From Candidatus Heimdallarchaeota archaeon (GTDB lineage: Archaea; Asgardarchaeota; Heimdallarchaeia; Hodarchaeales; Hodarchaeaceae), in contig CP070695.1 of NCBI GenBank assembly GCA_020353515.1, forward strand, positions 3,488,050-3,552,049: DNA of 64,000 bases, read 5' to 3'. Below the pieces are notes generated by a model. It was not told the origin of the DNA. It was given only the letters and a program-made list of their open reading frames with translations, and made no database searches. Shown here piece after piece: positions 8,751-18,557 of the stretch (position 1 is its first letter; each line of letters starts with the position of its first letter). Position numbers and translations under genes: made by a program.

Positions 8751-9854
8751 ATGATGGAAAATGTAACCAGAGTTTTCTTAATAGATGATTCAGCGATTGT
8801 ACGTCAACAGATCTCACAAATGATCATGAATAGTGAGAAAAATATCATAGTTGTAGGTACCGCAATGAATGGGCGAATAGCACTAGAAAAAATGATACTA
8901 CCAAGAAATAAAGCTGATGTTGTAATAATAGATGTTGTTATGCCTGAGATGGATGGAATAGAGACTATTAATCATATTATGGATCGGTTTCCCACTCCTG
9001 TTATTGTTATCTCTGCTTTGAAAAAGAAAAAGGAGATTGATGTTGCACTATCGGAACTTGGAGTAGCTGCTTTTGAATCTGGCACTGTAGAGTTTGTTAG
9101 AAAACCAGACCCTTGGATTCCTAATGATAAAGAACGATTTAAAAATGAATTAATCCTTAAGATTGAAAACCTAGCAAAAATTGATTTCTTAAAAATTTTC
9201 TCAATTTTCAACATAGAATCCTTAGTAAAAGAAGAAGCGATAGCAAAACCTTTAATAAAGGAACCTTCACAAGTCATTTTAAATAGACATCGTGCTAAGA
9301 TAATCGTTATTGGAGCTTCGACGGGGGGTCCTCGTGCAATTTCGATGATATTTTCTATGTTACCCAATAATTTCCCTCCAATTCTTGTTATTCAACATAT
9401 GCCAATAGGTATGGTTAAACCGTGGGTAACCAGATTGAAAAAGATGTACTCAAATTTAATGATTGAAGTCGCGAATAATGGAGTATTACTAAGACCAAAT
9501 CATATTTATATCGCTCCTTCGGGAAAACACTGTCTAGTTAATCACAATAAAAGAATAAAACTTGAATCTGGAGAAAAAGTGAATTTTGTTATTCCTTCAG
9601 CTGATGTCACCTTTAAATCAGTTGCAGAAGTTTTTGGGAAGGATTCACTTGGGATTATACTTACAGGTATGGGGCAAGATGGCTGTCGAGGAGCACGTAT
9701 TATCAAAGATTCAGGTGGCAAAATAATAGCTGAGGATGAATCCACTAGTATAATTCCTTCAATGCCAAAGGCTGTAATTGAAGGGGAGCTTGCAGATAGA
9801 ATTTCACCTTTGCACAAAATCCCAACATCAATCAGAGGATTAGGTTGGATCTAA
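8751..9854 (+). CDS. cheB: Chemotaxis methylesterase CheB (receiver + esterase), copy 1
   Basis: LIDDS / IDVVMPEMDG receiver; GASTGGP, QHMP and LTGMGQDG catalytic motifs. Confidence 0.93.
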   Translation: MMENVTRVFLIDDSAIVRQQISQMIMNSEKNIIVVGTAMNGRIALEKMILPRNKADVVIIDVVMPEMDGIETINHIMDRFPTPVIVISALKKKKEIDVALSELGVAAFESGTVEFVRKPDPWIPNDKERFKNELILKIENLAKIDFLKIFSIFNIESLVKEEAIAKPLIKEPSQVILNRHRAKIIVIGASTGGPRAISMIFSMLPNNFPPILVIQHMPIGMVKPWVTRLKKMYSNLMIEVANNGVLLRPNHIYIAPSGKHCLVNHNKRIKLESGEKVNFVIPSADVTFKSVAEVFGKDSLGIILTGMGQDGCRGARIIKDSGGKIIAEDESTSIIPSMPKAVIEGELADRISPLHKIPTSIRGLGWI

Positions 9855-9869
9855 GTGGAATTTTTTCTT

Positions 9870-11054
9870 CTAATTTTTTCGTTGGTATATCCTATTGTGA
9901 GCATTAATGACTTCAAACTTATCTTTAACTTCCGAAGGAAGGAGCTCACACTTCCCAAGCACTAGGAATCCACGGGTTTTTAGAACGGAATGAAATCGTT
10001 GAAAAAGTGAAATACTTTGAGGTTTTGAAAAATATATCAGAACATTTCTACACATAATTAAATCGAAATCTTTAGCTGGAGGAGGAGTTCGGAGATCATG
10101 TCTTTTAAAGGTTACTAAGTTTTTAATTTGAGGAGATAGTTCATACTCATCTTGATTTATAAGTCTAAAGAAATTTCGAATTACTGATGGATTCATTTCA
10201 TCGAAATAATCTTTTGTGTACTGTGCTTCTTTAGCTTGCGATAAAAAATCTTGTGAAATATCCGTCGCAAGAATGTGAATATTTTTCTCCTTTGATTTCC
10301 TGTTTTGCTTTTTAATCATGATAGCAATACTATAAGGTTCTGGACCGATAGCACAACCCGCACTCCAAATCCGAACTTTTTTAGTTCTATTCAAAATATG
10401 AGGTAGAATTTCATTCTCTAGAACATCAAAAAGTTCTTTGTCGCGAAAAAATCGAGTTACGTTGACTGATAAACAATCAACAAGTACATTAAGTTCATTT
10501 GGATTATGCTCTAAAAATTTCCGATAATCAAAATAAGATGGTGTTTTTACCTTCCTCATGCGAAAATGCAATCGTCTTAGAAAATAGTTTTCTTTATATG
10601 CTTGATAATTAATTTTCTTCTTTGAAAGGAAATCCATTACCAATGGAAGATGTTGTTGGTCAGTAGGGTCTTTAACCTTAAAAATTACTTGTATTTTTTT
10701 CAGATCTATCCTTTTACGTCTTTTTTTCTTTTTTTCTTTTTCTGAAGTCACATTAACGAAGTTATTAAGGCTTTTTCTTTGTCTTTTAGGATGTAAAGGT
10801 GAAAGGTGGTGTTTATGTTCCCCCTCCAACATTGAAAATAATTTTTCAGAGGATTCCTGATTCTTTTCGACGTGTTCAAGTAGTTCAGTATAGCTCTTAA
10901 AACCCAGTTCTCTTTTCAACCGTAACAGTCTTTTCTTGATTTTTCCCTCATCCCAAAGCGCATCACCAGTGTTTTGCATAACGAATTTGATAAGATCCTC
11001 GAATCCTTCATCTGATTCTAAACTTATCTGGAACTTCTTATAATCGTTTTGCAT
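9870..11054 (-). CDS. cheR: Chemotaxis methyltransferase CheR with extra N-terminal domain
   Basis: VNVTRFFRD, RIWSAGCAIGPEPYSIA, ATDIS, FDLIMCRNVLIYF. Confidence 0.93.
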   Translation of the reverse strand: MQNDYKKFQISLESDEGFEDLIKFVMQNTGDALWDEGKIKKRLLRLKRELGFKSYTELLEHVEKNQESSEKLFSMLEGEHKHHLSPLHPKRQRKSLNNFVNVTSEKEKKKKRRKRIDLKKIQVIFKVKDPTDQQHLPLVMDFLSKKKINYQAYKENYFLRRLHFRMRKVKTPSYFDYRKFLEHNPNELNVLVDCLSVNVTRFFRDKELFDVLENEILPHILNRTKKVRIWSAGCAIGPEPYSIAIMIKKQNRKSKEKNIHILATDISQDFLSQAKEAQYTKDYFDEMNPSVIRNFFRLINQDEYELSPQIKNLVTFKRHDLRTPPPAKDFDLIMCRNVLIYFSKPQSISLFQRFHSVLKTRGFLVLGKCELLPSEVKDKFEVINAHNRIYQRKN

Positions 11055-11210
11055 TATGTCATTTCCTTGGCTTCTTGATTTCTTAGAGATTTACTCTGAA
11101 GTACATCCAAAAACCGGATTTAAACACTACTAAAAAAAAAATTGAAGTAGGAAAAATAATATAATGGCTTAGACCAGTCTTTTTTTTAAATTTCAACTCA
11201 TTTAAGGCCT

Positions 11211-11864
11211 TTATATTATTGAGCTTTCTTCACCAAACAGAGATTTCATGAATTCTTCAAATGTCTCTAAGTGGGGGACAATAGCTAAATCTACAGCGAT
11301 ATTTCTCTCAGAAGTAAATACATCACATTCGATAAACAAGACTGATTTCACATTCTTTCGAATATCATCTAATTCATGTTCGGCACAAGATACCAAGGTA
11401 CCAATACGAAGTTTAGGCGGTGAGGGGAAAGAATTCGCTTTTAGAAAATAATTTAGAGCTTCAATATATTTTAATGAGAGTATAGAACCAGTCTCTTTGA
11501 TTAATGAGCGAAATAATGGAGGTAATCCTCTAATATCGTGAATCTCGTCTGTTTGTTGAGAAGTCATTAGATCTATAATTTTTTTAACGCTTTCCCAGTC
11601 AAAAAAGACTAAGATGGTGTATAATAGATCACTAACAGTAACAGAAGATATTATTGCTAATTCTTGATCGATTGGCATTCCTATAATCCCAGGGATATCT
11701 TGTAATTGTTTTAGAGCTACTTTAGGAATACTCATATATGTTGACCGATTTAGAAATTGAGTCAGGGCAATTGCTGCGTGCCCTGCGCCTATGTTTCCAA
11801 CTTCTTGAAGAGCATCAAGGTGAAAATCTGATAATTTCTCCATTTGAAAATCTGTATCATGCAT
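11211..11864 (-). CDS. cheC: CheY-P phosphatase CheC
   Basis: DALQEVGNIGAGHAAIAL...MSIP; second repeat SLIKETGSIL; overlaps the cheA stop by 8 nt. Confidence 0.9.
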   Translation of the reverse strand: MHDTDFQMEKLSDFHLDALQEVGNIGAGHAAIALTQFLNRSTYMSIPKVALKQLQDIPGIIGMPIDQELAIISSVTVSDLLYTILVFFDWESVKKIIDLMTSQQTDEIHDIRGLPPLFRSLIKETGSILSLKYIEALNYFLKANSFPSPPKLRIGTLVSCAEHELDDIRKNVKSVLFIECDVFTSERNIAVDLAIVPHLETFEEFMKSLFGEESSII

Positions 11865-13746
11865 GTACTTTTGCCTCCAAGAAATTCATTGGATCGATTA
11901 TTAACACTACTTTGCCTCCTTCTAACACGGTTGCACTTGAGAACGCGCCTATTTGGCTGAGGAAGTTTTGAATGGGTTTCATAACTACTTCACGTTCTCC
12001 CAATAATTCATTTACTAGGAATCCTAAACTACGATTCCCTTTTCGCCATAGAACCACTATTTCTTTCTGTACATCTTTATGACCAGTTTCAATTTCAGAC
12101 TCAATTTGTAATGAATGAAACTTCAAACGTTCACGTAAGTCAATGATAGGAACTGATGTGTTATCAACAATAATGGATTTTGAGGTGGTTTCTGGATCAA
12201 TTAGAATTTTACGAACTGGAACAGAAAGGATTTGTTCAATATTGGCCATAGGGATTGCAAATTGATACTTTTTAACTGATAACATCAATACTTTTGTAAT
12301 AGCTACTGATAATGGTATAACGAGTCGGAAGGAGGTAAATTTTCCTGGTTCCGAATCAACCTCAATATTTCCACCAACAGACTCCATAGTGGATTTTACA
12401 ACACTGAGTCCAACTCCTCTACCAGAAATTTCAGTCGTTTCTTCTGCAGTTGTGAAACTACTGTCAAATAATAGTGAATGTAAATCGTTTTTTGTCAATA
12501 TAGCTCCTGGAATAACTAATCCTTTCTTTTCTGCTTTTTCACGAATTTTCTCATAATCAATTCCACGACCATTGTCTCGCACTTCGATGATTATATCAGA
12601 ACGTTCATGAGTCACTGTAAGCTTTATCATTCCCATTGGTTCCTTATTCTTTTTGACTCTTTCTTCAGGTATTTCTATCCCATGACTGAGTGCATTTCTA
12701 AGCAAATGGTTAAGTGGATCAACTAGTTTCTCAATCACTGAGCGATCAACTCCAATATTTCTCCCAGTAACAATGAAATCGACATGTTTTCCTTCTTTTT
12801 GGCTTAAATCACGAATCATTCGTGGGTAGCGTGTGAGTATTGTCTCTAAAGGAACCAAACGCATTCTTATAACGAGGTCTTGGATGTTAGCTATTGTTCT
12901 TTCAAAGTTAGATAAGTTCTCCTTAAATGACCTAGAGTAGGCTTGTTGCTCCCCAATCTCTCTGATGAATTGACCAGAAACCACCAGATCACCTAATAAC
13001 CTTATAATGTGATCCAAGTCTTCAAGATTGACTCTGACAGTTAGTGCTTCTTGAGATTCTTCTATCCCTCCAGATTTTTCAGTAGTTGTAACTGATTCTA
13101 AAATACGTGATACATTGACAGAAACAACATCAGGCGCTTCTTCGACGATCTGATTAATAACCTCTTCATCTTCTTGTGTAGTTATCTCAATAATTAATTC
13201 TTTAAATGAAGCTCCTGCTTCAATTTCTTCAAGGGGAGGTATAGTACTATTTACACTTGACTTTTCCTGGAGCTTTTTGACAAGAACTAGACTCCTAGCA
13301 CTGACTACTTTACAATCTGGACTGTAAAAAACCCTAATTTGAAGTTTACTCCCCAAATTTATCATGAATTCATCAATCGAAGCCATTTGCTGGGTCAATT
13401 CATCAAAGTGGAGAGCTTCGGGAGTTTTCCCACCTTTTAAGGATTTAGAAAATCTCTCTAGTTCATCGACATATGTAAACAACAGTTTTAATACGTTTGA
13501 AATATTTGTTTCCTCTGCATCAGTAACAAGATTTTCCATACTATGAGTAAGCGAACTAATCTTCGGATATCCTGATAAAGAGAAAAGACCCTTAAGATTA
13601 TGAAGCACTCTAAGTATAACTTCATATGCTTCTTTCTTTGTTGGATCCTTTTCAAGAACCAACAAACCTGAATTCAATTCCTCGATTCTTTCTGTTAGTT
13701 CGAGGATCATGACTTTTTTGAATTCTTCTGATTCAAATTCACTCAA
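11857..13746 (-). CDS. cheA: Chemotaxis histidine kinase CheA (P1-P5)
   Basis: Hpt LHNLKG, P2-like segment, TVRV..LD, MRLVP, HLLRNALSHGIE, DNGRG, SGRGVGL, C-terminal CheW-like P5. Confidence 0.95.
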   Translation of the reverse strand: MSEFESEEFKKVMILELTERIEELNSGLLVLEKDPTKKEAYEVILRVLHNLKGLFSLSGYPKISSLTHSMENLVTDAEETNISNVLKLLFTYVDELERFSKSLKGGKTPEALHFDELTQQMASIDEFMINLGSKLQIRVFYSPDCKVVSARSLVLVKKLQEKSSVNSTIPPLEEIEAGASFKELIIEITTQEDEEVINQIVEEAPDVVSVNVSRILESVTTTEKSGGIEESQEALTVRVNLEDLDHIIRLLGDLVVSGQFIREIGEQQAYSRSFKENLSNFERTIANIQDLVIRMRLVPLETILTRYPRMIRDLSQKEGKHVDFIVTGRNIGVDRSVIEKLVDPLNHLLRNALSHGIEIPEERVKKNKEPMGMIKLTVTHERSDIIIEVRDNGRGIDYEKIREKAEKKGLVIPGAILTKNDLHSLLFDSSFTTAEETTEISGRGVGLSVVKSTMESVGGNIEVDSEPGKFTSFRLVIPLSVAITKVLMLSVKKYQFAIPMANIEQILSVPVRKILIDPETTSKSIIVDNTSVPIIDLRERLKFHSLQIESEIETGHKDVQKEIVVLWRKGNRSLGFLVNELLGEREVVMKPIQNFLSQIGAFSSATVLEGGKVVLIIDPMNFLEAKVHA

Positions 13747-13809
13747 TTATTCCACGACCTCATTCAAAAAATCTACTGGTCAATAAATGCTGGGAAATTC
13801 CCAGAATAC

Positions 13810-14169
13810 CTAATTTAGCGCTCCTTCAATTGCTTGGACTAATTGGTCAACTTTGAATGGTTTAATAACAAAGTCCTTTGCACCAATTTTCAAAGCTTGT
13901 CGGACAAGGGGTTCATGTCCTAGCGCAGTTACTATTACGATTCTTGCCTCTGGATCCATTTCCATGATTTCTTTGACAGCCATTAACCCATTCATCTTTG
14001 GCATAACAACGTCCATTGTCACGACATTTGGCATGAATTGCTTGTAATGGTCAATAGCTTCGATCCCTGTTTCTGCCTCTGCAACAACTGTATGACCGTG
14101 CTTTTTCAGTATTTTTCGAATCATCAACCGTAGATATTTCGAATCATCTACAATCAATACTTTTGCCAT
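13810..14169 (-). CDS. cheY: Chemotaxis response regulator CheY
   Basis: VLIVDDS, TMDVVMP, VTA, FVIKPF; single receiver domain adjacent to cheA. Confidence 0.93.
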   Translation of the reverse strand: MAKVLIVDDSKYLRLMIRKILKKHGHTVVAEAETGIEAIDHYKQFMPNVVTMDVVMPKMNGLMAVKEIMEMDPEARIVIVTALGHEPLVRQALKIGAKDFVIKPFKVDQLVQAIEGALN

Positions 14170-14175
14170 AGTTAT

Positions 14176-17100
14176 TCAATCCTTTTCTTTTCTTTGTTCT
14201 TTTTTCATCCTTTTTAGTAGTGTTTTAATATTCTTTTTTGATATTATCTCTTCTAGAAACTCATTTTCAATAACATGTATTGTAGATAAGATTTTTTCGT
14301 AAGAAAATACATGTTTACAAGTTTTTTTACCCTCCAAAAAGATATTTGAGTCCTCACAAGGAATTAACTCTTCTTTGAACTTTGTTATTACACCTTCGAT
14401 ATCATCTGCAGGAACTAAGAATGAGAGATTCTCAAACTCTAGTAAAAAGAGAAAGCTGTTGTCTTGATACTCTGTCTGATTCTGAGAGTTAAAGACTAAC
14501 GCTGATAAATCAATGACAGGAAGTGTGCTATTGTTTTCCTCAGCAATACCGATTATTGGAAAAAACGTAGTATCTATCTTTTTCCAATTTAATGAACTTA
14601 AAACTCTTCTAACGAAAGTAACGTCAATTGAGAGGGTATAATGTTGTAATTTAAAAACAAAATAGTCTAAACGAATACCTTCGTGCCTATAGAATAACAG
14701 TAATTCGAGATCTTTGCGCTTAGATTTAACTTCCTCAAGAAATTTAACCTCTTTAGGAAGAAGGGTTGAAGAAAATTCTTTTGTATCTTTTAATGATAAT
14801 GTATTCTGAAGAACTGCTCTAATTTTCATATATAGAGAATCTGGATTCATTATCATACCAAGTGCACCGTTGTATGAAAAAAATCCAGAAATGATTGGTG
14901 AAAGGGTATTTCTTGAAAGCCCTAAACTGTTTTGGTAGATTTCACAATTTTCAATTGTAATTTTATCCAAAATGTTATCGACTAGGAGAACAGCTTCTGT
15001 ATTACTCTTAGGGTCATTTATTAGAATTCCAACTGATTTTTTCGCATTGTTACCATTCTTTTCTCTTAAAATAGTGTTGAAATCAATAAGTGGAACAATA
15101 TTAGTATGTATAGTTGCCCCTTTGATTGCATCATGGGGAAACTCTTTGAATAAAAAGGAGTTCTCCTCAATGACTTGGATAACATTTTGGGAATTTAGCA
15201 AGAAGATATGTCCTTTATCCTCAAATAAGTATCCTTCTTGTATTATATCATAACTTTGATGGATGGATTCTTGAACAGGATTCTTGAAGTATAGGATCTG
15301 GTCACTTTCTTGTTCTAATAAAATAGGATTATTAGCTATATGGAATAGATATTCAGCATTTAATATCAAAATAATCTGTTCTGATGGAGTAAGCATTAAA
15401 CCTTGTATGATATGGAGTGGAAAATCTCCCTCAGCCGATGAAAGGATAGGTCGAAGAGAATTCTCATCGATTTCGATTATTGATAGAATTTTATCGGTAA
15501 AGAGAGCGATATGTTGATCTTTAACCTCAAGGATCAGAACCTCATTTGAAGTCAGAGGTGTGGGTGTTGAATTCGATTTTAGTACCTCAGCTAAATTCAG
15601 GACAGAGATCACGCTTCCCCTGTAATTTGTTGATCCAATAATTGCTTTAGGCGCGTTAGGTACCTTTGTAGTGCTAGTAATATTGAAGATCTCACTAATA
15701 TATATGTTTGGAACCAAGATGTTTAAATTTCCAACTGAAACCAGTGTTCCTTTGTGTTTAAGATTGTGAGAAGAACTTACAACTTGTTTTGGTTTTAATT
15801 CTATAATTGACCTCTGAACTGGGATATTTTGTTTGAGATTAATATTTAATTCTTCAGAAGTGTCAAGTGACTTAAATGGAACTAAAAGAGTCTGATTTTC
15901 CACAGTAAATTGGGTTTGCATTTGTTCAAGTTCATAAACGATCCGATTGAGAATTTCTTGGTGGTCAAGCTGGACTACTATTTGATCATTGTATAGAAAT
16001 GCACCTGGAAAAAATGAGACTTCATTAGTATTTGTCGAATTGACTAAACTAGTTAATTCTGATTCTTCAGGTTTACTGATGGATCCTAAGACCGACTCAA
16101 CCTGAAAAATTATAAACTTCCCCTTATTCTCCCCTACAATGTAATTTTTCGGCTTTTGGATCTGTTTCGTTGTTGAACTCAATAGTTCACCATAGAAGAA
16201 AGAGTGCAAATCGATAACTGGAACAATTTCGCCACGAAAAGTGGTAGAACCCACGAAATAAGGAGCACTATTAGCGATTGGTGTGATTGTCAATGTTTGT
16301 AGGATCTCGATCACACAAGAGCACTTTATCGCATAAATGATATCCAATAATGTGATTAACACAAGAGCATTTTCATCCAAAGATGATTGCTTAATAGCTC
16401 TCGACTTCAAGATGTCTTCAGCATTGTAGATAGTAAAGAAGATTACTGGTTTTTCATAGTTAATTACAGAAAGATCAGAAATAGCCTGAAAAAAATAGTT
16501 GACATTTAAGACTAATATAATGTTTCCTGAGCGGTCTAACATGACCCCTTGGAAATAATACGTGAGATCCTTCTCTTTCGTAGGCCCAACAGCAGGATGT
16601 AGATCAGTTTCGATCATTTCTACTATTTCATGGAACTCATCAACAATGATGGCAACCTGTTGGTCTATGGATTCAAGAATGATTGCTTGAACATCATCTT
16701 GTTTTCTTACTATTTTCTTCCTTTCACTAGAGGAAGGTACTAATATTTCAGTAAGATCTAAAACACTAATGACTTTACCACGGAAATTAATTGTACCTAC
16801 AACAGCTTTTGGTGCATTTGGTACCTTGGTAACGCTTTGAACATTAAAAATCTCTATTATACGATTGTTTGGGATTAGTATGTCTAGTTCCTGAACCGAA
16901 ACCAATGTTGCAGTATTTGTGGTTTTTTTGGTATCCTTCAAGGCTCTTTGGAAACCTCTATCTGTCGCACTTGGTACTGGTACAGAAAGTTTTTGACGGA
17001 GATCGATATTATATTCTTCAGGAACCCCTAGTAGCTCAATGGGAACTAAGAGAGCTTGGTTTTCAATCACAAACTGAGTTTGTGTATTCTCAAGGTCGTA

Positions 17101-17628
17101 AACAACTCGCTCTAGGATTTGGTTATCGTCTAATAAGACAATAATCTGATCTATATTAGAAAGAAATGCCTTAACAAAATAAGAATTCTCTTCCGGATTA
17201 GCAAAATTCACTAAATTTGTTACTTCTGATTCTTCAGGTTTCTTTATAGAACCTAGAACAGTTTCAACCTGAAAAATAACAATTTTCCCCGTATGTTCTA
17301 GTGCAATGTAATTATTTTGATTTTCGGAACGTCTTGTTGACAAATTTAGTAATCCCCCATAAAAGAAGGACTGTAAATCAATGACTGGAACAATCTCACC
17401 ACGAAAAGTAGTAGAACCAACAAAATAGGGAACACTATTAGCCACTGGTGTGATTGGTAGTGTTTGAAGGATTTGGATTACAGATGAACTAAAAAGTGCA
17501 TAGTTGTTATCAAGTAAGGTGAAAAGGAGGAGATTATCTTCTTGTTGATTCCTTGAAGTTTTCTTGATTTTTTTTGTTTTTAAAATTATCTTCACCCCTT
17601 TGTGATATTTTCCTTCTATACTACTCAT
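14176..17628 (-). CDS. cheW: Multi-domain CheW protein (six CheW-like domains)
   Basis: Repeats of the CheW core: FVGSTTFRGEIVPVIDL (x2), VPNAPKA..G..N(F/Y)RG.VISVL.L (x2), plus two divergent copies (IKGATIHTNIVPLIDF; IIGIAEENNSTLPVIDL). Confidence 0.85.
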   Translation of the reverse strand: MSSIEGKYHKGVKIILKTKKIKKTSRNQQEDNLLLFTLLDNNYALFSSSVIQILQTLPITPVANSVPYFVGSTTFRGEIVPVIDLQSFFYGGLLNLSTRRSENQNNYIALEHTGKIVIFQVETVLGSIKKPEESEVTNLVNFANPEENSYFVKAFLSNIDQIIVLLDDNQILERVVYDLENTQTQFVIENQALLVPIELLGVPEEYNIDLRQKLSVPVPSATDRGFQRALKDTKKTTNTATLVSVQELDILIPNNRIIEIFNVQSVTKVPNAPKAVVGTINFRGKVISVLDLTEILVPSSSERKKIVRKQDDVQAIILESIDQQVAIIVDEFHEIVEMIETDLHPAVGPTKEKDLTYYFQGVMLDRSGNIILVLNVNYFFQAISDLSVINYEKPVIFFTIYNAEDILKSRAIKQSSLDENALVLITLLDIIYAIKCSCVIEILQTLTITPIANSAPYFVGSTTFRGEIVPVIDLHSFFYGELLSSTTKQIQKPKNYIVGENKGKFIIFQVESVLGSISKPEESELTSLVNSTNTNEVSFFPGAFLYNDQIVVQLDHQEILNRIVYELEQMQTQFTVENQTLLVPFKSLDTSEELNINLKQNIPVQRSIIELKPKQVVSSSHNLKHKGTLVSVGNLNILVPNIYISEIFNITSTTKVPNAPKAIIGSTNYRGSVISVLNLAEVLKSNSTPTPLTSNEVLILEVKDQHIALFTDKILSIIEIDENSLRPILSSAEGDFPLHIIQGLMLTPSEQIILILNAEYLFHIANNPILLEQESDQILYFKNPVQESIHQSYDIIQEGYLFEDKGHIFLLNSQNVIQVIEENSFLFKEFPHDAIKGATIHTNIVPLIDFNTILREKNGNNAKKSVGILINDPKSNTEAVLLVDNILDKITIENCEIYQNSLGLSRNTLSPIISGFFSYNGALGMIMNPDSLYMKIRAVLQNTLSLKDTKEFSSTLLPKEVKFLEEVKSKRKDLELLLFYRHEGIRLDYFVFKLQHYTLSIDVTFVRRVLSSLNWKKIDTTFFPIIGIAEENNSTLPVIDLSALVFNSQNQTEYQDNSFLFLLEFENLSFLVPADDIEGVITKFKEELIPCEDSNIFLEGKKTCKHVFSYEKILSTIHVIENEFLEEIISKKNIKTLLKRMKKEQRKEKD

Positions 17629-17646
17629 GGGTTTCTTTATCTATTC

Positions 17647-18549
17647 TTATTCATTCTCTTCGCTTTTGTTTCCTTTTTTGGATTTCTTGGTCACTTTAGC
17701 CTTTTCTGTCCCTTTTGTTTCCTCTTTTCCTTTTGATTTATCCCCTTCTCTGGAATCTTTTTCGATTTTGGCCTCATCTTTCTTTTTAGTTAACTTTTTG
17801 GTCTTTTTTACTTTCTTTGTTTCAGAATTGTCTTTTGATAAGTTTTCATCACCTCCCTTGGTATCAGCATCAACCTTATTAAGAAGCCTTTGATCAAATT
17901 CATCAGTTTGAAGATTATCTGGTAGATTTAGTTGATCCATATCAAAATTGGCTGATTTATCTGATGAGGATTTCTCTGATGCTTCATCGGGATCAGGTAA
18001 GGTGTATTGATCAAAATCAAAATCGAAATCTTCATCACTAGTCATTTTTCTTCCCGAAGTTTTTGAAGTAACAAAATCTCCTAAGAGTCCCTCTAAATCT
18101 AAAATGAAAATAGTCTGCCCATTTTTTAGTAATCCAATTTTAGAAACTAGAGATGGATTTAACAATTCTTTTCCTTGGAAATATGAATTATTTGCTGATT
18201 TAAATTCTGTAATTGTATCTAATTGATGGATCTGATCTACTAAAATACCAATATCTTGGTCTTTAATTGTTACCAATAAAATAACATTAGAATTAGTATT
18301 ACTTGATATTTCATCCTTTTCACGAGAGTCTTTTCCCCAAAGGAGTACAGAGAGGTTAAATATACTAACAATATATCCACGTAGATTAACGATTCCTTCC
18401 AAGACTGAGGAAGTTCTAGGCAGCTTCAAAATATTCCTAGTTTGGAATACTTCCTTAAGATAATGTACTTCAATGCCATAAAGATCATTAGAAATTCGAA
18501 ATATAAGATGTCTATTTTTCACTTTTTCAGCTTGCATTACTGTTGTCAT
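17647..18549 (-). CDS. cheW: CheW with long acidic/Lys-rich low-complexity C-terminal tail
   Basis: LIFRI...YGIEV..LKEV, LEGIVNLRGYIVSIFNL, IGILVD, ILDLE; ~140-aa charged tail. Confidence 0.9.
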   Translation of the reverse strand: MTTVMQAEKVKNRHLIFRISNDLYGIEVHYLKEVFQTRNILKLPRTSSVLEGIVNLRGYIVSIFNLSVLLWGKDSREKDEISSNTNSNVILLVTIKDQDIGILVDQIHQLDTITEFKSANNSYFQGKELLNPSLVSKIGLLKNGQTIFILDLEGLLGDFVTSKTSGRKMTSDEDFDFDFDQYTLPDPDEASEKSSSDKSANFDMDQLNLPDNLQTDEFDQRLLNKVDADTKGGDENLSKDNSETKKVKKTKKLTKKKDEAKIEKDSREGDKSKGKEETKGTEKAKVTKKSKKGNKSEENE

Positions 18550-18557
18550 TCCTTAAA

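Noticed and set aside
10706-10745. KEKKKKRRKR as a nuclear localisation signal
   Set aside because: Prokaryotic context, and Lys runs are common in AT-rich genomes; kept only as a basic linker.
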